Assembly: GCA_963760855.1 (NCBI GenBank)
Contig: CAVXFD010000015.1
Coordinates: forward strand, 102,852-166,851
Direction: 5' to 3'
Source: an uncultured Acidobacteriaceae bacterium
GTDB taxonomy: Bacteria; Acidobacteriota; Terriglobia; Terriglobales; Acidobacteriaceae
Length of the DNA stretch: 64,000 bases
The position numbers were made by a program, and so were the translations under genes. Positions within the stretch are counted from its first letter, which is position 1, and the number at the start of each line of letters is the position of its first letter. The notes beneath the pieces were generated by a model. It was not told the DNA's origin. It did not search any database and saw nothing but the letters and a program-made list of their open reading frames with translations. This document shows, piece by piece, positions 52,501-60,970 of the stretch.

Positions 52501-53219
52501 ACTATGCTGTATTCTTGCACAGCATCGATTGGAACATTTTCCCCAATACCAACGCTAAAAATGGCGATGTTTTCCACGCCATCGAGCAGAATCTCCGTAC
52601 CTGATTCGCGCTGGCCGTTTAGAGAGAAGCCCACGCCCCGGTTTGAAAGCTCCTGGCCGCCGCCACCGGACGTCATAGTTGCACCGTTCGACGTGGTATC
52701 CCCGTTGCTGACGTTGCCGGAAATCGCAACAAAATCGTAAGGGTTGCGGGTGAGGCTCGGGAGTTGCGCCAACTGCTGTGTGTTAATGAGCTGCGAAAGT
52801 TCCTGAGTTTGGGTGTTCACCTCGGTCCCGGCACTCGAAGCTGTGACCTCAACCACCGTAGAACTTTGCCCGACCGCCAATTGCGCATCGACCGTCGTGG
52901 TTCCTCCGACGGTTACCTCCACAAGGCTCTTGAAGGTCTGAAAACCCTTGTTGGTGATCGTCACCTCGTACTTGGCTGGCGCGAGGCTGGGAATCGAGTA
53001 TTGGCCGATATTTCCCGTCACCGCAGTCCGCTCGGCCCCAGTCCCCACACTCTTTACCGTAACCGTAGCACCGCTAACGACAGCTCCGGTCGCATCATGG
53101 ACAGATCCCACAATCGTGCCTGCTTCGGCCTGTCCGAAGGCTAGGCACGAAGCGAATACGAATAGAAATAGTGCCAATAAGGAAGCAACCAGCCCAAAAC
53201 TAAGCACGCTCCGTTTCAT
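49524..53219 (-). CDS. CarboxypepD_reg-domain TonB-dependent-receptor-like outer membrane protein (copy 3)
   Basis: ATG 53219 after GAGGAG, with signal peptide MKRSVLSFGLVASLLALFLFVFASCLAFGQ. GSVHDATGAVVSGATVTV N-domain; C-terminal ...LRVSF. Confidence 0.85.
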   Translation of the reverse strand: MKRSVLSFGLVASLLALFLFVFASCLAFGQAEAGTIVGSVHDATGAVVSGATVTVKSVGTGAERTAVTGNIGQYSIPSLAPAKYEVTITNKGFQTFKSLVEVTVGGTTTVDAQLAVGQSSTVVEVTASSAGTEVNTQTQELSQLINTQQLAQLPSLTRNPYDFVAISGNVSNGDTTSNGATMTSGGGGQELSNRGVGFSLNGQRESGTEILLDGVENIAIFSVGIGENVPIDAVQEYSIVTNNFSAEYGRASGGVVNVTTKSGTNAFHGSVWEFNRLAAYTANTYNNDAQQPFLAGGGTGPLPDPKGGYTRNQFGFQAGGPIIKNKLFVFESTEFTRVRSNSVQHAEILDPSFIAMLPANAKAYFGAFGSTSLTPNGAPITAGALAANTANPLIVNPINGTTPVAATQPIFDPVTFNVPYNAGGGPPQNSWSLVGRLDYNLSDKTQMFFRIGRERIDAFQGTNDYNAYSQYNSGTLDQNMIYLFSVNHAFTNNLFNNTKLSFARYNDGTSYNTAYQSVPNLMFYPGSDPLTGAAISTPGLENNNSPGAGGLPAGGPQNTIQFEHDMSWTKGKHDVRFGGQYTYIQLNYGYGAYAQAVEQLGGSQQDSMDDLVNYTVNPITNAVIPGGNPLGSILSGSSGFSARVNPNGALPCPVDVNGNSVSPCPANSLVSPPLTSASYGRSYRYNDWALYAQDSFRFSPRLTLNYGMRYEHYGVQHNNVSSLDSNFYLGSGTNFFNQVRTGQVEIADKSSVGQFWAPSWGTAAPRVGFAYDLFGDGKSSLRGGFGISYERNFGNVTYNASFNPPASAVLSTSCPARSATCNSAYVTNNDLGPLGLPGPSSNLPPTELRDNKNNIHVAQTQFWSVSLQRQVVPNTVLEIGYSGAHGVHLYDLNNINLPGSGQVYLGDPAVAATDVNPGSTTCNPSYVSPTGVCLTRANFQYSAINQRGSGGTSSYNALNAKLQMQNLHQTGVSLVANYTWAHSLDDISSAFSDSLQGGSGNGYGSLGYTLYSDPKLDWGNSDYDVRNRFVVSPIWELPWLKSQHGALGKTAGGWALVGIFTARTGIPFNAYDLDNDYNFYTFPRLTPATPPTYHVSSNPTAAGPNLFNLLTLPLPASFAPDNPTLGISDFGPFPAGMVHRNAFRGPGAWNFDTAVSKDFRVTERVGLTFRAEGFNIFNHHNMYVNTFLIGYTGPTTTPLVVQGLKGGLNSLAEGGNNDERRFGQFSLRVSF

Positions 53220-53393
53220 GACTTTTTCTCCTCGACGGCGAAAGATCACTCTAAAGAATGGCTTGCAAACCACCGCCGACCAACAGGCCGTCTCAGCGCA
53301 TGGATTCGCTCAAAGGAGCTGAGGCACTACAGCAATGCAACTTACACTCCAAACAGGAATCGGGAAACACCCTTTGTTTGCAATACATTGTCT

Positions 53394-53408
53394 GTATCTG
53401 ACAGATAC
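53394..53408. promoter_or_regulatory. perfect 7-1-7 palindrome in the AT-rich region upstream of the copy-3 receptor gene
   Basis: GTATCTG A CAGATAC, about 175-190 bp upstream of ATG 53219, inside an AT-rich stretch (about 53380-53480). Confidence 0.3.
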
Positions 53409-53633
53409 GAGTCCTAAAAACTAAATTAGCAGAAGGATCAATCTACTAATTTTGGTATGAAGCGCAACTGATTAGTGCTCTGAGACATCCTCAAGCGGAA
53501 CGCTCGGCAACCACTCAACGGGGGGCCTGTTACAATCGGCCTTTCCGTGACCACTTCCTTCACAAAAACCGGGTCGAAGCCGCAAACGAGCGGTCAGCCT
53601 GTGCCGGGCACGAAGGCTCCCGGCTCTGTGCCA

Positions 53634-54774
53634 ATGCTCGATTTGCAGACGGCAGTACCTGAAGATTCGTTCCGAAGTAATGGCGGCGATTGAAAGGGTG
53701 TGCGCATCGCAGCATTACATTTTGGGAGAGGAGGTGGAAGCGCTGGAGCGGGAGCTCGCGGGCTTCTGCGAGGCGCGGGAAGGGGTCGGCTGCTCGTCGG
53801 GTACAGATGCGCTGTGGCTGGCTTTGGCTGCGGCGGGAGTGCAACCCGGGGACCAGGTGCTCACGACACCATTCAGCTTTTTCGCCTCGGCCAGCGCCAT
53901 TGTGCGGGCGGGGGCGCGGCCGGTGTTTGCCGACATTGAGCCGGCAACCTTCAATCTCGATCCCGCCCAGGTTGAATCTTTTCTGCGAAGCCGCCCGCAT
54001 GACAGACTACGTCACTTGCTTCCAGTCCATCTTTACGGCCAGTGCGCCGATATGAGTCGATTCCAGCAGTTGGCTGAGGAGTTTCATTTATCCGTGATCG
54101 AGGATGCCGCACAAGCGATCGGGGCGCGATGGGGCGGACGCAGTGCAGGATCGATGGGCGTGTCCGCGGCCTTCAGTTTCTATCCCACAAAAAATCTGAG
54201 CGCTTATGGCGAAGCTGGGTTGGTCACGACGAACGATCCGGAGATGGCTGCGCACCTGCGCCGGCTGCGCAATCACGGAAGCCGGCAGCGTTACGTTCAC
54301 GAAGAATTCGGATGTAATAGCCGGCTGGATGCCATTCAGGCCGCCATCCTGCGCGTCAAGTTGAAATATGTTGAAGGATGGAACAACGATCGTCGCCAGC
54401 GAGCGGCGACCTATGATCGACTCTTCGCTGCCTCTGGTTTACCGTCCACGACAAGCTCGGGTGAAAACTCAGGGCCAGTGCAACTTCCGCAAAGTTCCAA
54501 GCCTGCTCACCACGTTTTTCATCAGTACGTGATCCGCGCGTACCGTCGCGACGAGCTGCGGGAATTTCTGACGGCCCGCAAAATCGGAACAGAAATTTAC
54601 TATCCCATCCCTTTACACTTGCAGCCCTGCTTCGTTTATTTGGGGTATCGCGAAGGCGACTTCCCCGAAGCCGAGCGCGCCGCGAAAGAAGTGCTCGCCC
54701 TACCGATGTTTCCCGAGCTCACCGAAGAAGAGCAGTGTTGGGTGGTAAAGAGCATCGCGGACTTTTACTGCTAG
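53634..54774 (+). pseudogene. DegT/DnrJ/EryC1/StrS-family PLP-dependent sugar aminotransferase, frameshift 5 codons after the start
   Basis: The body (ORF 53680..54774) has GCSSGTDAL, FYPTKNL and the RLD pattern. The family N-terminus MLDLQ (ATG 53634) is in another frame, and RQYLKIRSEVMAAIERV resumes in the main frame. The extra base is at about 53649 (CAG-A-CGG). Confidence 0.8.
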
Positions 54775-54848
54775 TTTCGACCCCGCAGAACCATGTAACT
54801 TTCTGCCGCGCCATGCGTCAAACTGTTTGCAGCTCAGAGGTGAAGGCC

Positions 54849-55661
54849 ATGAGAAATTACCCGGTCGCAGCATTCGGACTCTCTCGCGCGCTTTTTCTGG
54901 CCTGCCTGATCTTGTCGGCAGAAGCGGGAGCGCAAAGTTCCCCGGTCGAAGCCGTTCGCAGGCCAGTGCTGGTGGAGCTATTCACCTCCGAGGGCTGTTC
55001 CAGTTGTCCGCCTGCGGATGCGTTGCTGCAGCAATTGGAACAACAGCAGCCGGTACCCGGGGCCGAGATCATTGCGATCGAAGAGCACGTGGATTATTGG
55101 AATCACGATGGGTGGATCGACCCCTTCTCCTCTCCGGAATGGACGCAGCGGCAACAGTCCTATGTAGCTCTGCTCAAGAAGGACTCGTATACGCCGGAAC
55201 TCGTGGTCAACGGGCGCAGCCAGTTCGTCGGCAATAATGCGCAACAGGCCGAACTGGAAATCCAAAACGCAGCCGGCGGCTTGAAGACGGAAGTCACGAT
55301 CGCTCCCGGCGGTCCGGGCTCAAAGGGATCGCAACAGTTCAGCGTGTCGGTGGGAAAGATGGAGCAAAAGACAGCCGGCGATGTGGCCGAAGTCTGGCTG
55401 GCCGTGACCGAGGACGGCTTGCACTCGTCCGTGAGCCTGGGAGAAAATGCCGGGCACGTGCTGCATCACGTAGCCACGCTCCGGTCCCTGCACAAGATAG
55501 GAGTTGCGGACGCGAATGGAGCGTCAGCATCTTTCAAGGCAGAGCCCGTGGTGAAATTCAATTCTCACTGGAATGTTGAGAATCTGCATGTGACGATTTT
55601 CGTCCAGGAGAAAAAGAGCCGTCAGATTCTTGGCGCAGCCTCGACGAAAATCAAGAGCTAG
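54849..55661 (+). CDS. DUF1223 thioredoxin-like protein, secreted
   Basis: ATG 54849 after GAGGTG, with a signal peptide. VLVELFTSEGCSSCPPAD and HVDYWN motifs are typical of DUF1223. Confidence 0.75.
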   Translation: MRNYPVAAFGLSRALFLACLILSAEAGAQSSPVEAVRRPVLVELFTSEGCSSCPPADALLQQLEQQQPVPGAEIIAIEEHVDYWNHDGWIDPFSSPEWTQRQQSYVALLKKDSYTPELVVNGRSQFVGNNAQQAELEIQNAAGGLKTEVTIAPGGPGSKGSQQFSVSVGKMEQKTAGDVAEVWLAVTEDGLHSSVSLGENAGHVLHHVATLRSLHKIGVADANGASASFKAEPVVKFNSHWNVENLHVTIFVQEKKSRQILGAASTKIKS

Positions 55662-56683
55662 CGTCGCCGACGCTTCCCCGTGGCCTTTGGCGCTTCCTTC
55701 TGCTCGCCTGGAGCCAGCACGCGGCGGACGATGGGCGTATTCAACCTGTATTTACGTTCGCTCACGTTGCCGCTGTCGTCTTTCACGTGCAGGATGAAAA
55801 CCGGCAACGTTCCTTCCTTGTCAAAATTCTCGCTGGTCACAATCACCGGTAGGAAGCCGTTGAGACCGTGCTCGCGATAGGCGGTTTCGTAGCGATGCTT
55901 TCTGACGTTCCAGGTGAAGACGCGAATCTGATCGAAGTCGTAAGGCAGGCCGTCGTGAGGTTCGGTCATGACGCACAGATATTGTGAAACATTTTTGTCC
56001 GCGCCTTCCTTGCCGGGATCCTGCACCTGGTCTAGCGCAAAGAAGGCCACAAAGCGCTGGCCCTCGGCGTACTGAGCGATCTCAAGCGGAACGTCGACAT
56101 CCACCATGCGAGCCAAGACCCAGCCCACGCGATTCTCCGCGTCGCGCACGAGATACCAGTCTTCGAGGATTGGGCCTGCCGCTTTGTCCCCGCGCTTCTG
56201 CGGCACGATCGCTCCCGGCTGCTTTTCCGCCGTTGCACGTTGCAGGATGGAAACTTTCGCTCCCGACAAAAGCTGGTACAAGTGCTCGGTTTCGCGGCCG
56301 GGCGTGAGGTGCAGGTTGGTGTCGTTGCGGAGCACGCCGGGCGCCTGCACGGGATCGTTCAAGTTATCCTTCGTCAGTTTTTGCAGGCCGTCATAGGTTT
56401 TTTGATCAACGAGGTAGCGCTGCTCGATCCAGCCTTCGAGCCCGGTTGAGGTACGCACGCGGGCGAAACGTTTTTCGTGCTCCAGCACCTCCACTCGCTC
56501 TCCGTTCTTGACGACGCCGACGCGGTTATAGATGGTTGCGACCTGATCGCGCAGTGTGGCCTGCACTGCCGAGACGTAGTTGATTTCCAGAACGCGGTGC
56601 CGACCGCGATTGCAGGCAGAGAAAGACAGTAGAAAAACGATTGCCAGTGCGTTGCCCACGAAGCTGCGAGAGGTGAGTGACAT
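55658..56683 (-). CDS. SH3b-domain lipoprotein, hypothetical
   Basis: ATG 56683 gives MSLTSRSFVGNALAIVFLLSFSAC (lipobox). Two segments have an SH3-like pattern (GERVEVLEHEKRFARVRTSTGLEGWI; WYLVRDAENRVGWV). Confidence 0.6.
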   Translation of the reverse strand: MSLTSRSFVGNALAIVFLLSFSACNRGRHRVLEINYVSAVQATLRDQVATIYNRVGVVKNGERVEVLEHEKRFARVRTSTGLEGWIEQRYLVDQKTYDGLQKLTKDNLNDPVQAPGVLRNDTNLHLTPGRETEHLYQLLSGAKVSILQRATAEKQPGAIVPQKRGDKAAGPILEDWYLVRDAENRVGWVLARMVDVDVPLEIAQYAEGQRFVAFFALDQVQDPGKEGADKNVSQYLCVMTEPHDGLPYDFDQIRVFTWNVRKHRYETAYREHGLNGFLPVIVTSENFDKEGTLPVFILHVKDDSGNVSERKYRLNTPIVRRVLAPGEQKEAPKATGKRRRR

Positions 56684-56926
56684 GAAAGATTTCACGAGCT
56701 TTATCTCTGGTCTCTGCGCGATCTCTATCTCAGGGCAGTTCACTTCAGCGGGATCCACTTCCGCAGGATTCACCTTTCACTATAGCGCGTTGCGGGATCG
56801 GGCTCCGGAACGAAGGTTTGTGCAGGCAGGTACCCCCGAGACTCCGTTCTCGCCTGACATTGCAAGCTCGCTTCGGTTAACATAGATGGGGTACCACACC
56901 TAGTAATTCTCGTGACGAAACGGATT

Positions 56927-57541
56927 ATGAAAAGTATTTCCAGAAATGTGTTGGCTTTGTGTCTGCTGCTTGCGGCATCGATGGCTGCGTTGTCCATTGG
57001 CGTGTCGGGGCAAGATCAGGCGGTGAGTCCTGCGCTGCGTCCGCCAAAAGGCGCGCAGGTAGCGATTGTGGTCTTTGAGGACTTGCAGTGTCCCGATTGC
57101 CGGCGCGCGGCGCCATTGGTGGAAGAGGCTGGCCGAACCTATAAGATTCCCGTGGTGCGCCACGACTTTCCGCTGCCCTTTCATAACTGGTCGTACGAGG
57201 CGGCGATCATAGCGCGCTACTTCGATACTCACTCCAAGGATTTGGGCAACGAATTCCGCGACTATATTTTCTCCAATCAGCTGGAAATCACCCCGCAGAA
57301 CTTGCGCGGCTTCGCAGAGAAATTCGCGGTTGAGCACAAGGTTGACTTGCCTTTCGTGGTTGATCCCGATGGCAAGCTGGCAGCGCTGGTCAACGCGGAC
57401 AAGGAACTGGGTAAATCCATCAACCTGCAGCACACCCCCACGCTTTACGTTGTCAGCAACAAACATCCCGGCAGACCTTTTGTCGAAGTGGTCGACCGCA
57501 GCCAACTGTATGCGCTGATCGATTCCATGATGAAAGAGTAG
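56927..57541 (+). CDS. DsbA-family thiol:disulfide oxidoreductase
   Basis: Signal peptide MKSISRNVLALCLLLAASMA. Active site FEDLQCPDCRR. C-terminal TPTLYV (cis-Pro loop). Confidence 0.8.
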   Translation: MKSISRNVLALCLLLAASMAALSIGVSGQDQAVSPALRPPKGAQVAIVVFEDLQCPDCRRAAPLVEEAGRTYKIPVVRHDFPLPFHNWSYEAAIIARYFDTHSKDLGNEFRDYIFSNQLEITPQNLRGFAEKFAVEHKVDLPFVVDPDGKLAALVNADKELGKSINLQHTPTLYVVSNKHPGRPFVEVVDRSQLYALIDSMMKE

Positions 57542-57560
57542 GAGCCTTCGGTTTGCAGGC

Positions 57561-57767
57561 TCAGCGTGCGCCCGCGAGCAACCGGGCAAAGAGAAGCACC
57601 GACAATCCAATGGCAGCAAGGCTATTGGCCCGGATGCTGCGGTAGCTTGCCACCCAGGGAAACATTAAGACTTCGAAAAACGGCATCAGCTTCTCGGGCC
57701 AGAACAGTCCAGCCACTCCGAACGCCAGACAGAGTTGCACAAGCAGGCACAATCCCAAATCATTCAT
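57561..57767 (-). CDS. small two-TM hypothetical membrane protein (68 aa)
   Basis: ORF with two hydrophobic segments; no family recognised. Confidence 0.35.
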   Translation of the reverse strand: MNDLGLCLLVQLCLAFGVAGLFWPEKLMPFFEVLMFPWVASYRSIRANSLAAIGLSVLLFARLLAGAR

Positions 57768-57872
57768 GGCTATGATTCCAGTATCGAAATTCCCTTGTAT
57801 TTAAGCGCGAGAGGAAGAGCTGCTGGGAAGTTACAGAAGTACCTCCCGCGCGGATTCCTCAAAGGAAATATT

Positions 57873-58937
57873 TCAATCTCCGAAGCCGATGCCGATGGCG
57901 CGCGCGGTGCGCACGACTTCTCCGTTGGGATTTACTGATTTGAGGTGTCCGACGGCGTGAGCCACATCGACCGCAACGATCGAGTCGCCCTGGAGGGCAA
58001 CCATCATACCGAAACCGCCTGAGGCGATGAGGTCGACGGCAGCCACGCCAAAGCGGGTCGCTAGGATGCGGTCAAACGGAGATGGCGTGCCTCCGCGCTG
58101 AATGTGACCGAGCACGCTTACCCGCACATCTTTCTTGGTGCCATGGGCGATCGCATTCCCCAATAGGTTGCCAATGGAGCTGGCGCGGCGGTTCTCTTTC
58201 AATTCTGGCGGAGTCTTTACGCCTTCGGCCACCACCACGATGGTGAAATCCTTGCCGACCTTTTCGCGCTCCGCGATGTAGCGGCAAACGTGTTCAACGG
58301 TAAACGGAATCTCCGGGATCAGGATGACGTGGGCGCCGCCGGCGAGGCCGGCTTCGAGCGCGATCCAGCCACAATCGCGGCCCATCACTTCCACCACCAT
58401 CACGCGATGATGCGAGGCGGCGGTGGTGTGGATCTTGTCGATGGCGTCGCAGACGGTATGCAGCGCGGTATCGAACCCGAAGGTGACCTGGGTCGCGGAA
58501 AGATCGTTGTCGATGGTCTTGGGCACCCCAACAATCTTCATTCCCTTCTGCGAAAGTTCGTAGCCGATCTTCTGGGATCCATCGCCGCCGATAGTGATGA
58601 TGGCATCGATGCCGAGTTTGGCGGCATTGGCAATGACCCTCGCAGAAATATCGCGCACTACTTCCTTGCCGTGCTCGACCTTGTTGTAGTGAAAGGGATC
58701 GCCACGGTTGGTGGTGCCGAGAATGGTTCCGCCGCGGGGCAGAATGCCACTCACTTCTTTAAGAGTGAGTTCGAAGGATTTTTCCGGCCAGATGAGCCCA
58801 TCGAAGCCATCGGGGATGCCGATGACCTTCCATCCATACTTCAGGATGGCAGCTTTGGTGGCGGCGCGAATCACGGCGTTAAGACCGGGGGCGTCTCCGC
58901 CGCCGGTGGCGATGCCAATACAGCGAATGTCGGACAT
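57873..58937 (-). CDS. pfkA: 6-phosphofructokinase (phosphoryl donor not assignable from sequence)
   Basis: 354 aa with GGGDAPGLNAVIR, TIGGDGS, PKTIDNDL and MGRDCG motifs. Confidence 0.9.
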   Translation of the reverse strand: MSDIRCIGIATGGGDAPGLNAVIRAATKAAILKYGWKVIGIPDGFDGLIWPEKSFELTLKEVSGILPRGGTILGTTNRGDPFHYNKVEHGKEVVRDISARVIANAAKLGIDAIITIGGDGSQKIGYELSQKGMKIVGVPKTIDNDLSATQVTFGFDTALHTVCDAIDKIHTTAASHHRVMVVEVMGRDCGWIALEAGLAGGAHVILIPEIPFTVEHVCRYIAEREKVGKDFTIVVVAEGVKTPPELKENRRASSIGNLLGNAIAHGTKKDVRVSVLGHIQRGGTPSPFDRILATRFGVAAVDLIASGGFGMMVALQGDSIVAVDVAHAVGHLKSVNPNGEVVRTARAIGIGFGD

Positions 58938-59081
58938 AGGAATGAATCGTTCGTGGCCAGATATTAAGGAATAAGGCCGTTCTTCACGATGATAGCGTCG
59001 CTGCAGACAATGACAACTTACGAGTGGACGTAGCGGGAAGGACCTTCTGTCACCGGTAGACTTCGCGGACAGCCCTCATCT

Positions 59082-59802
59082 TGTCACTCCGACGCGCGAA
59101 CGAAGCGAGACAGGAGAGCCTGCCGACCGCGATGAGGAAGCACCACAACCCAAACCCCTGTCATTCCGACGCGCGAGCGAAGCGAGACAGGAGGAATCTG
59201 CTGTTCGCCGCAACCCTGCACGATGCAAGTGCCCCATCCTTGCGCCTTTTGCAAGGGTGGGTGGCGATGCAGCCCGTTCTTTGATCTCTTAGGAACCCTG
59301 TCATTCCGACGCGCGAGCGAAGCGAGACAGGAGGAATCCCTCTAGCGAGATCGGCCTTCCGCGTCTGTTTCGAGGCCTTACCAACGTGACAACCTGCGGG
59401 TGCCCCATCCTTGCGCCTTTTGCAAGGGTGGGTGGCGATGCAGCCCGTTCTTTGAGCTCTTAGGAACCTTGTCATTCCGACGCCCGAGCGAAGCGAGACA
59501 GGAGGAATCCCTTTAAGCGCCCCACCATTTTCCTCGCGCCATTCTAGCGTAAGGCTTCATCCCCAACTCCAACCACCCGTCCGTACCGTTTTCCACATCC
59601 CTCGCGGGGTCCACCCATCCTTGCGCCTTTTGCAAGGGTGGGTGCGATATGCAGTCCGTGCCTTAATTTTTAGCAACCTTGTCATTCCGACGCGCGAGCG
59701 AAGCGAGGCAGGAGGAATCCCTTTAAGTGTTCCAGCCCCGGGCTTTGATCTTTTACGAACCTTGTCATTCCGACGCGCGAGCGAAGCGAGACAGGAGGAA
59801 TC
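59082..59802. repeat. cluster of two interleaved intergenic repeat families (A ~40 bp x6, B ~69 bp x3)
   Basis: Family A is TGTCATTCCGACGCGCGAGCGAAGCGAGACAGGAGGAATC at 59159-59198, 59299-59338, 59470-59509, 59680-59719 and 59763-59802. A diverged copy lies at 59082-59120. Family B is GTGCCCCATCCTTGCGCCTTTTGCAAGGGTGGGTGGCGATGCAGCCCGTTCTTTGATCTCTTAGGAACC at 59229-59297 and 59400-59468, with a diverged copy at 59609-59678. Each B is immediately followed by an A. B contains a 10-bp hairpin, CCATCCTTGC-GCCTTTT-GCAAGGGTGG. Confidence 0.9.
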
Positions 59803-60060
59803 CCTTTAAGCGTTCCAACCCCCTGACCCCCGCCCTTTTCCACACAGCCCCCGTGTTCACCTGCCCTTGCCTAGCTTTCCGCAATACTCAATACTCTATG
59901 TATAGCTGAATAGCAGAGACTCATCGAATGCCGTCCCACTCCCCTAACCCACGCGGGCCCAAGATTTTGCCCCTAACCCATTGCACCCCAGAGATTAAAT
60001 CCCAAAATCCCGCCAACTCCGTGATTCCAATCAATCACGGAGGAGGGGGGTAGGAGCCAC

Positions 60061-60729
60061 ATGCCAAACTTTCCCAATCGATGTCAGCACATCAAGGTCA
60101 ACGGCACCCAGTGCGGATCGCCCGCCCTGCGCCGTAACAAATTCTGTTACTTCCACAAACGCCATCACGAGGAGCGCCTTCACCTCAATCTCGATCGCCT
60201 CAAAAAGGACCGCGCCCGCCGTCGCAACGTAGTCATCGATCTTCCCGTCCTCGAGGACGCCAACTCCATCCAGGTCTCTCTCATGCAGGTCATGCGCCTC
60301 ATCGTCACCGGCCAAATCGACAGCAAAACCGCCGGCCTTCTGCTCTACGGCCTGCAAATCGCCAGCTCCAACCTCGCCCGCACCGATTTCGAGCCCCTCA
60401 TCATTCGCAACGTAGTCCTCGACCCCAAGACCGTCGACGAAACTCCGCTCAGCTCCCACGTCTGGGAAGATTCTGATTTCGACAGCAATGATGAAGAAGA
60501 CGAAGACGAAGACATTGACAACGATGCTGACGAGCAGGACCAGGCCGAACCCGCGCCCGCCGCCGCATCCGCGCCACTCCCGGCCCGCCGTCCTCCCGCC
60601 AGCACCAACTTCGACGAAATTCGAAAACGCATCCGGGATCAGGTCATCCAGGCCCTCCCCGATATCGCCGCCGCCCAGCAACACCGGGAAAATGGAAACG
60701 GAAAGTTAAACGGAAACGGCGTCGGATGA
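60061..60729 (+). CDS. hypothetical protein with Cys-rich N-terminus and poly-acidic segment
   Basis: ATG after GGAGGAGGGG. N-terminus C-x9-C-x10-C-x2-H (CQHIKVNGTQCGSPALRRNKFCYFH). Acidic run EDSDFDSNDEEDEDEDIDNDADEQDQ. The antisense ORF 60031..60684 looks like a shadow frame. Confidence 0.65.
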   Translation: MPNFPNRCQHIKVNGTQCGSPALRRNKFCYFHKRHHEERLHLNLDRLKKDRARRRNVVIDLPVLEDANSIQVSLMQVMRLIVTGQIDSKTAGLLLYGLQIASSNLARTDFEPLIIRNVVLDPKTVDETPLSSHVWEDSDFDSNDEEDEDEDIDNDADEQDQAEPAPAAASAPLPARRPPASTNFDEIRKRIRDQVIQALPDIAAAQQHRENGNGKLNGNGVG

Positions 60730-60907
60730 ATTAGGAACCTGCCGAAAAACTCGACCCGCAGCGCAGTTTTTGAAAGGACGCAACCTAAGGCTCCAACATA
60801 TTGTCCGCTACGTGCTTTGAAAGGGCGCGGCTTCAGCCGCCGAGAGGTGGTATTCGGTTGCCGGGTAACCCTGGGCGGGGGTAACTTCGCTCCGGAGGTT
60901 AATCGAC

Positions 60908-60954
60908 GCAAAGCAAAAGCCCCACTTCTCGCAAAAGCCGCGAGAAATGGGGGC
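60908..60954 (-). terminator. rho-independent terminator of the Big_2 lipoprotein gene
   Basis: Minus strand GCCCCCATTTCTCGC-GGCTTTT-GCGAGAAGTGGGGC (one internal mismatch/bulge), followed by TTTTGCTTTGC. Confidence 0.55.
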
Positions 60955-60970
60955 ATCGGCGTAATGCTTC

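Noticed and set aside
55658-55661. Convergent genes sharing the tetranucleotide CTAG as both stop codons
   Set aside because: This is a trivial consequence of tight packing, with no functional implication that can be supported.
59082-59802. Possible CRISPR array, because of regularly recurring ~40-bp repeats
   Set aside because: Two different repeat families alternate. The intervals between A copies vary widely (38, 100, 131, 170, 43 bp), and the spacers themselves contain the second repeat. There are no cas genes in the window, and the repeat is the common GC-rich REP/MITE type. This is not CRISPR architecture.
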